Shown here piece after piece: positions 1-6,397 of a stretch of 32,000 bases of DNA; position 1 is the stretch's first letter, and each line of letters opens with the position of its first letter. The stretch is taken from assembly GCA_963675915.1 (NCBI GenBank), contig OY780959.1:390001-422000 (forward strand), given 5' to 3'. Made by a program: the position numbers and the translations under genes. The notes beneath the pieces are model-generated. The model saw only the letters and a program-made list of their open reading frames with translations. It was not told the DNA's origin and did no database searches. Source of the stretch: Coprobacillaceae bacterium. GTDB taxonomy: Bacteria > Bacillota_I > Bacilli_A > Erysipelotrichales > Coprobacillaceae.

Positions 1-1
1 C

Positions 2-124
2 TGCAGTCTAAAAGATCTTCATGAACTGACGGATTTGTATCTAGCCAACACCGATGTTTATGGCGATTCCGACTGCCTGGATGATTTGACCGACTACGAT
101 TACAGTGGTTCTCAGATCAAGTGA
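2..124 (+). CDS. 3' end of a CDS cut by the window edge; leucine-rich-repeat-like C-terminus
   Basis: Frame 2 is open from the window edge to TGA at 122-124 (CSLKDLHELTDLYLANTDVYGDSDCLDDLTDYDYSGSQIK). The tail resembles the L..L.L..T.V.GD repeat units ending the 17286-18578 protein. Confidence 0.5.
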   Translation, partial: CSLKDLHELTDLYLANTDVYGDSDCLDDLTDYDYSGSQIK

Positions 125-254
125 TTATATTATTTATTTTCTAGAGATATCGGTCGTAGTGAAGGACTTATCTTAAGTGGAATTTACACAATCAGTCCCT
201 CACCTGTTTTATCATGATACATTTAATTTATTACACTGCAGTTAATTTATTATA

Positions 255-282
255 TTGAATTTTTTTTATAATTAGGTATAAT
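255..282 (+). promoter_or_regulatory. candidate sigma-A promoter for the ferredoxin gene
   Basis: TTGAAT (255-260), 16-nt spacer, TATAAT (277-282), shortly upstream of the RBS. Confidence 0.4.
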
Positions 283-311
283 TAAGCCATAAAAATGAAA
301 GGAGAAAATTT

Positions 312-488
312 ATGCATAAAATTGATTCTGAAGCTTGTCAGTTCTGTGGTGCTTGCAAAAGCGCATGTCCGCTTGAAGCAATAAGTAACCCAGAAGGTAC
401 GATTTACTATGAAATCGACCCTGAGAAGTGTATTGATTGTGGGGCCTGTGAATCTGAGTGTGGTTTCGACGCTATTATTGTCGAGTAG
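312..488 (+). CDS. small 2x[4Fe-4S] ferredoxin (58 aa, below the ORF-track cutoff)
   Basis: My translation: MHKIDSEACQFCGACKSACPLEAISNPEGTIYYEIDPEKCIDCGACESECGFDAIIVE. It has two CxxCxxCxxxC clusters, GGAG 7 nt upstream of the ATG, and a terminator downstream. Confidence 0.85.
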   Translation: MHKIDSEACQFCGACKSACPLEAISNPEGTIYYEIDPEKCIDCGACESECGFDAIIVE

Positions 489-523
489 TACCTGCTTGTT
501 TGGATTTACAAAGTGAAATTGAA

Positions 524-555
524 AAGTCGGATATGACATTTTTATCCGGCTTTTC
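524..555 (+). terminator. intrinsic terminator after the ferredoxin gene
   Basis: Stem AAGTCGGATA (524-533) pairs with TATCCGGCTT (543-552) with one G-U pair, followed by a T-run. Confidence 0.7.
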
Positions 556-620
556 ACAGCGGCGATTAACGCCGTTAAGCATCATCAGGTTTATCTTATG
601 AATAAATTTTTATAATACCG

Positions 621-647
621 GACTAGTAGGGATACTGGTCTTTTTTT
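621..647 (+). terminator. second intrinsic-terminator-like hairpin
   Basis: GACTAGTA (621-628), loop GGGA, TACTGGTC (633-640), then TTTTTTT (641-647). Confidence 0.55.
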
Positions 648-837
648 ACTTGCTTGGAGAAGTTTCAAGCTAATCACGGGAGAGGAGATATCGGTGGTTG
701 AATTGATAATGCAGGTGATAAAGATAATAATGTTACAGGAGTACCATATCTTAAAAATGCTTTGGTGAAAAAAGTCCATTTTAACAGATAAAATTGGCCT
801 TGTTAGTAAAAATTTAACATAAATCAAAACATTAGTA

Positions 838-846
838 TGATATAAT
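838..846 (+). promoter_or_regulatory. candidate extended -10 promoter (TGaTATAAT) for the PK-like gene
   Basis: TG at 838-839 and TATAAT at 841-846. The -35 is poor. It lies about 60 nt upstream of the ATG at 908. Confidence 0.35.
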
Positions 847-907
847 GAAACAAAGAGATATGATTAGTATTGATGCGATTTGGCAAATTTAAGATGAGGT
901 GATAATC

Positions 908-2419
908 ATGAATAACCGTCAAATGCAGAATAGTTGTAATATACTTCTTGGTAAAATCATTTCTTTAAGGGAGGAAATCCTCCAAGAAGGACTGGAAACC
1001 TCCAAGATCTGGAGACCGGAAATAGAAAGACCTTTGTTTATCCCCAGTGCCGTAAATCTGGCATTTTACTTGGCCTTAAGACGCCGGGATATCAGTGATA
1101 TCCAGGCCTCATTAGCCCCACTGGGACTTTCGTCACTAGGAAGACTAGAATCAAAAACAATCAATAATATCGATGCCGTGATTGCCAGTTTAAGCAAACT
1201 TTGTGAGGTAAGCGAATATGACACCAAGGAAGCTTACAAACACGATTTCTATCAAATGGGAGAGTGGTTGCTTAACCGGAATACCAGGCGAATCTTCGGG
1301 GAAATATCCGATGGAAGATCGACCAGAATCATGGTAACTATTCCCGCCGAAGCCGGAAATAAATATAAGCTGGTTTATGAGCTGATATCCAGGGGGATGA
1401 ACGTTGCCAGAATCAATACTGCCCATGACAATGAAGAAGTCTGGGCCAATATGATCAAGAATGTTAGAAAGGCGGAAAAGGAACTAAACAAAGTCTGCAA
1501 AGTGCAAATGGACATTGCCGGACCGAAAGCGCGAATCAACCGCTTGATGACCACAGTTAAAAATGCGACAGTCAAGATCGGAGATACCTTCTGCATAACC
1601 GATAAGATCAGATGCAGCGATGACTATAAAACCGCCATCGTGCTTGTGTGCAGTTTACCTGAAGTCATTCCTTGTTTGAAAGTTGGAGAATCCGTGTCAG
1701 TTGATGATGGCATGGTTGAAGGGGTTATTGAATCAGTCACTGATCTCGGGGTCATGGTCAGAGTCACCAAACTGCTCAAGCCTCAAGGAGTCAAATTGAG
1801 AGTCGAAAAAGGTTTGAACTTCCCTAAATCAGACCTCGATATTGACATAATTACCGACAAGGATCGCCAAAGTCTTGATTTTGTCTGTGAAAATGCGGAT
1901 ATAATCGGGCTCTCATTTGTAAGAGATGGCAAAGATATCAAAATCCTTCAGGATGAAATTGCTAAAAGAGTTGGCAGTGAAAAAGCCAAGAATATCCCGA
2001 TCATGGCTAAAATTGAAACCGTTCAGGGTTTTGAAAATCTGCCGGAAATCATCGTTGCCGCTGCCGGGAAGAATCCTTTCAGTGTCATGATTGCCCGAGG
2101 CGATTTGGCTGTTGAAGCCGGATATCTGATGTTGGCTGAACTCCAGGAAGAAATTCTCTGGATATGTGAAGCAGCCCATACGCCGGTAGTTTGGGCGACC
2201 CAGGTACTGGGAACCATGATTGCTACTGGTATTCCAACTAGAGCGGAAATAACGGATGCGTATATGGGTGGCCGAGCTGAATGTGTGATGGTCAACAAAG
2301 GCGACTTCTTGCTGCAAGGGGTAACTATGCTTGATAAAATACTCAAAAGAACTGAAGCTCACCAGTATAAGAAATCGTCGAGGCTAATTGCATTGAATAA
2401 GTCAAATCCAAATCAATAG
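908..2419 (+). CDS. pyruvate-kinase-like enzyme (A/B barrel domains only, extra N-terminal region, no C-terminal domain)
   Basis: PK-like motifs are present: STRIMVTIP, MNVARINTAHD, IGLSFVR, MAKIETVQG, MIARGDLAVE, ATQVLGTM, PTRAE. The AGGTGA RBS favours ATG 908 over the track's GTG 899. Confidence 0.8.
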   Translation: MNNRQMQNSCNILLGKIISLREEILQEGLETSKIWRPEIERPLFIPSAVNLAFYLALRRRDISDIQASLAPLGLSSLGRLESKTINNIDAVIASLSKLCEVSEYDTKEAYKHDFYQMGEWLLNRNTRRIFGEISDGRSTRIMVTIPAEAGNKYKLVYELISRGMNVARINTAHDNEEVWANMIKNVRKAEKELNKVCKVQMDIAGPKARINRLMTTVKNATVKIGDTFCITDKIRCSDDYKTAIVLVCSLPEVIPCLKVGESVSVDDGMVEGVIESVTDLGVMVRVTKLLKPQGVKLRVEKGLNFPKSDLDIDIITDKDRQSLDFVCENADIIGLSFVRDGKDIKILQDEIAKRVGSEKAKNIPIMAKIETVQGFENLPEIIVAAAGKNPFSVMIARGDLAVEAGYLMLAELQEEILWICEAAHTPVVWATQVLGTMIATGIPTRAEITDAYMGGRAECVMVNKGDFLLQGVTMLDKILKRTEAHQYKKSSRLIALNKSNPNQ

Positions 2420-2471
2420 CCAATTGACCTGGACACTTGGGTGACTTAAGAATAGAGGAAGGTGAAATACC

Positions 2472-3119
2472 ATGTTCAAAAGAAGGGTAATATTTCTTGT
2501 GGCAGTCTTTATGGCTTTGATTTTAGCCGGATGCCAATCAAATAACGTTTCCGATTCTTTGCGGGAACTGGCAGCAACAGAAGTAAAGGAATATCAAGGT
2601 AAGGATCTGTCTTCAATCCTTGATTTTCGGGAAAACTCGATTGCCGGTCCTCAATATATTGATATTGAAAGTTATACCTTGGCAATCAAGGGTTTGGTTG
2701 AAAGTCCAAGGGAATACACATATGATGAGGTGCTGGAAAAACCGGCATACACCAAATTGGTGACTCTCAATTGTGTTGAAGGCTGGAGTGTCGATATCCT
2801 CTGGCAAGGGGTGCTCTTGGCTGATTTGTTTGAGGATGTCGGGGTGAGCGAGGCAGCCAATACGGTGATATTCCATTCATATGATGGTTACACCACATCT
2901 TTGCCGCTGGAAACCATCTTGGAAAAAGATATCATTATGGCCTATAAGATGAACGATGTGGTTATTCCTCCCGAACGGGGATATCCATTCCAACTTGTGG
3001 CAGAGGATAAATTAGGATATAAATGGGCTAAATGGATTACCGGAATTGAATTGTCAGACGATAGTGACTATAAAGGATACTGGGAACAGCGGGGATATAG
3101 CAATGAAGCTGATCTATAA
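2472..3119 (+). CDS. lipoprotein with an oxidoreductase molybdopterin-binding domain (MsrP/YedY-like)
   Basis: Signal peptide with lipobox LILAGC. LVTLNCVEGWSVDILWQGVLLADLF and RGYPFQLVAEDKLGYKWAKW are typical of this domain. GAGGAAGGTGA RBS. Confidence 0.8.
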   Translation: MFKRRVIFLVAVFMALILAGCQSNNVSDSLRELAATEVKEYQGKDLSSILDFRENSIAGPQYIDIESYTLAIKGLVESPREYTYDEVLEKPAYTKLVTLNCVEGWSVDILWQGVLLADLFEDVGVSEAANTVIFHSYDGYTTSLPLETILEKDIIMAYKMNDVVIPPERGYPFQLVAEDKLGYKWAKWITGIELSDDSDYKGYWEQRGYSNEADL

Positions 3120-3408
3120 GATTAATCGGATATCCGCTTGGGTACTGGCATTTTGCTTTATCGCCTTTATGATCACCGGATTCGACATGCAACTACGGTT
3201 CTTGTCACCAAGAATCACGTCCCGGCTCCATCTTAATTATCTGTTTCTCATAGCTCAAATATCATTTATGATTCATACCACCTATGCATTTCATAATTCG
3301 CTTAAGGTGAGAAAAAGATGGAACATATTCGGTAAAATCCTGCTAGGGTTATATTTTGTTTTGAACCTTTCGCTGGTAATCGTCTTTTTGGTTGTCCGGC
3401 TACGATAG
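3103..3408 (+). CDS. small 3-TM membrane protein, probable partner of the preceding oxidoreductase
   Basis: ATG 3103 has a GGGGA RBS 7 nt upstream and overlaps the upstream gene's end by 17 nt. The protein is hydrophobic with several His residues (HLNYLF, IHTTYAFH). Confidence 0.55.
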   Translation: MKLIYKINRISAWVLAFCFIAFMITGFDMQLRFLSPRITSRLHLNYLFLIAQISFMIHTTYAFHNSLKVRKRWNIFGKILLGLYFVLNLSLVIVFLVVRLR

Positions 3409-3628
3409 TCATTATGGGTTTTGACTTGTTCAAATGGCTGGTAAAAACCAAAGGATCAAGTCGGATTGAATCTGCTCTTACCGGATATAGTCAAACAAAG
3501 AGTTTATAGAATTAGCATAACTAGTAATTATTTAAGGTACTCTAAAATAACTTGAGGTAGCACTTGTTATAAGCAATAGAATTATTTGATGTGCTTACTA
3601 CCTCATGAATGATTAGAGCCACAATAGG

Positions 3629-3663
3629 GTGACTGGAAATCTTATGATTTCCAGTCACTTTTT
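3629..3663 (+). terminator. perfect 13-bp hairpin plus T-run abutting the transposase stop codon
   Basis: GTGACTGGAAATC (3629-3641), loop TTAT, GATTTCCAGTCAC (3646-3658), then TTTTT. It is terminator-like only on the plus strand. Confidence 0.5.
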
Positions 3664-5081
3664 CATTTTGTCGAGGGGTAGATATAGTAATTCACATCAT
3701 CGTTCAAGACATATAGCACCCTGCTTCGGAATCTTTCCCAGTTATTATAGCCATTGGCGTTTCGTTTGATGCTTTTTATGGTTTTGTTTCTGTTTTCGAT
3801 TATTCCATTATTGATTTTATGACCTTTGGTTATTTCGATGAACGAATTGATTATTTCGTTCTTCCACCTAACCATCGTATTAGCGAAATCGTTCATTCCT
3901 TTTACATTGCTTTTTCTAAATTCGTCAATTATTTCCTCAAGGTTCCGTTTCGCTGTTTTATAATTGCTCTTTTTAAAGAATCTTATTACTTCATCTTTTA
4001 AATCTACAGCTTCTTCGAGTTGTGGGTCGATTTTCATTATGTAGTCAAGAAGATCATAGGGATTGTAATAACCTTCAAGCACTCTATTGTATTTCTTTTT
4101 GACGTTCGGATCGAATATCTTTGGATCATTCTTGTAAAGAAGCCAATTGAATTTTTTGAGCACATAATATTGCTTCTTACGTTCTTTGATTTCTACAATC
4201 TCTTTTGGGGTGAGATTCTCCTTAATTATATTTGGTGGGACTTTGATCTTGTTCATAACATCGATTCTAACTCTGTCAACCTTCTTGGTAAGCTCCTGGA
4301 TTACATGAAACTTGTCACAGGCCACAACGGCATTTGGGAATACACGCTTGCTTACGATTCGATAAGTTTCCCACATATCAGTTGATACGACTTTAACTAT
4401 TTCCCGTTCTTTCCTGGGAATCAGGGTGAAGTAGTTAAGCAAACTGTACTTTTTTCGATCTGGCAACAGATCAATTATTTTCTGGTTTTGATAATCAAGC
4501 AGCACGCAAACATAGTTGCTTCTTTTCGATTTGAAGGCATAAACTTCATCAATGCAGATATACTCCGGCAGCGTTCTTCTTGATACTCTTACATGCTTGT
4601 CAAATATCGAAGCAACTGTGGTGGGCGATATGTTGTGACGATAAGCAACGCTCTTGAATGTTTCATTAAACGATTTCAAATCCTTCAGGACATTATATAC
4701 GGTCGCCAAAGAGATTTTCATACCTTTGAGGGTGAACGGATTGTGTTCATAGAATGTTTTGTTGCAGGCGGGGCATTTGTGCCTGCGGGCATGGTAGTTG
4801 ATATAGCAAGGAATACCATTTAGGATAGAGTGGGTTATTTTCTTGTTAACGTAGTTATTGACGATGGTGGTCTCGGTTCCGCAGACCGGGCATATGTGGG
4901 GGACACATTCAAGTTCAACATACACATGAACACCATCAAACTGATGATTGACATGGATTTTCTTAATCCGTTTGTCTTCAAGATTGAATAGTTTTCTAAT
5001 ATAAATGTCATCAATAGACGCACCCGTGTTAGGATTCGTCGCCAAACACGTAGAAAGATTAGACTTATTATTCGATTCCAT
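3663..5081 (-). CDS. ISL3 family transposase
   Basis: N-terminal zinc finger (CPVCG...CPACN) and DDE-region motifs typical of ISL3: ICIDEVYAF, VSTDMWETY, FPNAVVACDKFHVIQ, NGIIENRNKTIKSIKRNANGYNNWERFRSRVL. Confidence 0.9.
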   Translation of the reverse strand: MESNNKSNLSTCLATNPNTGASIDDIYIRKLFNLEDKRIKKIHVNHQFDGVHVYVELECVPHICPVCGTETTIVNNYVNKKITHSILNGIPCYINYHARRHKCPACNKTFYEHNPFTLKGMKISLATVYNVLKDLKSFNETFKSVAYRHNISPTTVASIFDKHVRVSRRTLPEYICIDEVYAFKSKRSNYVCVLLDYQNQKIIDLLPDRKKYSLLNYFTLIPRKEREIVKVVSTDMWETYRIVSKRVFPNAVVACDKFHVIQELTKKVDRVRIDVMNKIKVPPNIIKENLTPKEIVEIKERKKQYYVLKKFNWLLYKNDPKIFDPNVKKKYNRVLEGYYNPYDLLDYIMKIDPQLEEAVDLKDEVIRFFKKSNYKTAKRNLEEIIDEFRKSNVKGMNDFANTMVRWKNEIINSFIEITKGHKINNGIIENRNKTIKSIKRNANGYNNWERFRSRVLYVLNDDVNYYIYPSTK

Positions 5082-5149
5082 ACGTTTTCCTCCTAAAATT
5101 CATTTTACAAGTAGATTGTACAAATAAACCCGGTTTAATCGTATGAAAG

Positions 5150-5563
5150 TTATGTGGTAATGAAGATACAGTCAAATTTTCTTGATTTTAGAATACAAAA
5201 ATCTTCATAGCTTAGATTGATGTCGAAAGACTGCCGCAGATAACTGAGATACGAAGGATCGTAATGGTTGTTGTTTACAATGATAGAAACTATGTCATCT
5301 TTTGATAAAATTGAGAATGGAACCATTGATTCAATCAGGATGGCATGCGTTCTACCGCAGTCCCCGCAAATGAGCCTCATGATCCTAATTTTGAATTTGA
5401 GACCTAAAAACGACACATTTCTAACGTAGTAGGAATGTGTCTTGAAAGAGTTTGTCGCACCACAAGAGCAGCTCATTTGTGAAAAATTGATTGAATTAAC
5501 TGTGTTGGAGTAGGATTTTTGGTTGATATACTTGATTTTTGTTTCATTTTTTATTATTATCAT
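5150..5563 (-). CDS. zinc-ribbon protein upstream of the transposase (DUF6431-like)
   Basis: CSCG...RLICGDCGRTHAILIESMVPFS matches my recollection of the C..C / R..C..C..TH pattern of DUF6431. Same strand as the transposase. No clear SD. Confidence 0.55.
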   Translation of the reverse strand: MIIIKNETKIKYINQKSYSNTVNSINFSQMSCSCGATNSFKTHSYYVRNVSFLGLKFKIRIMRLICGDCGRTHAILIESMVPFSILSKDDIVSIIVNNNHYDPSYLSYLRQSFDINLSYEDFCILKSRKFDCIFITT

Positions 5564-6397
5564 ATTGTTCTTATGAGCAGATAGAAATCAAACTTGGTAG
5601 GGGAGATTTCTATCTTTTTTCCTTTCTAAAAGATGTTTATATACTAATATGATACCAAAAAAACAGGCAAAGCACCAAAATGAATCATGGAGCTAAGCCT
5701 GTTTTTTAGAATTACACCTCAACAATCGTTGTAGCTAATAAATGGTCCTACAAAAGTAAACCATCACTCATATTGTTCGGAGCGGCAATATTAAACTATC
5801 TTAGATACTCTTATTTAATCCTGTTATTTGAAATATAGTAGCAGGATTTTTTTGTTTCATGATATTTAATGAAACTTGATTTTAATTACCATTACTTCAT
5901 TGTCAGACTTTATCACTGAGAAAAATAATCCAAAATAGTAACACCGATGAGAAAGTGGAGCTATAAATAAATGCAATATATTGGAAATAATTAATAAATT
6001 TAGAGGTTTAAAACTAGTGAAAATGATAATTCTATGACGTTTGTACACAAAATATTTTACATTTAAAAACTTAAAGTGAATAATGTTTACATATGTATTA
6101 AATCTATTTATATATTCCCACTTGATTCGCATGTGGTGAAGATGTATCATTAGAGTAAGGTGTATTAATATTAGTACAAAATAATATCTGGAAAGTTAAA
6201 TTCCTATGTTTATCTAAATTCTAAATTTGAGGGGAAAGGAGTAAACAAAATCAAGGTTTATCAAAATTTGTATGTCATCCGTTCAAGCTATGTCATCGTT
6301 TAATTAACATTATCAATAATCATGGATTTTCTTATTGTAGCTATCGATGGATGAGTAAATGTTGTAGTTAAAGCAAGAGAGAAGGAGAAAGTTTATT

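Larger units (their letters stand above)
3600..5710 (-). mobile_element. ISL3-family insertion sequence (approximate extent; ends not resolved)
   Basis: Contains the ISL3-type transposase and an upstream zinc-ribbon ORF in an AT-rich non-coding flank. I could not find convincing terminal inverted repeats or target duplications by eye. Confidence 0.45.

Noticed and set aside
282-557. 91-aa minus-strand ORF from the track
   Set aside because: It is antisense to a ferredoxin gene that has two textbook Cys clusters, an RBS and a terminator. The minus ORF has no RBS and no recognisable motifs.
591-827. 78-aa minus-strand ORF
   Set aside because: It lies in an AT-rich intergenic region that contains a plus-strand terminator and a promoter-like sequence. 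It has no SD and an odd composition.
1190-2362. Several minus-strand ORFs (73-149 aa) inside the PK-like gene
   Set aside because: They are antisense to a CDS with clear family motifs, which is a typical shadow-ORF pattern.
3537-5830. Candidate IS terminal repeats (TTGAGGT at ~3555 vs its inverse at ~5723; ATGAAT..AGCC words at 3605-3620 and 5681-5701)
   Set aside because: The matches are only ~7 nt in inverted orientation, or are in direct rather than inverted orientation. That is not enough to define IS ends.
5866-6150. 94-aa minus-strand ORF in the long AT-rich spacer
   Set aside because: It has no RBS, a low-complexity Ile/Phe/Asn/Lys-rich translation and no paralog or motif. It is probably non-coding, though the 830-nt spacer itself remains unexplained.
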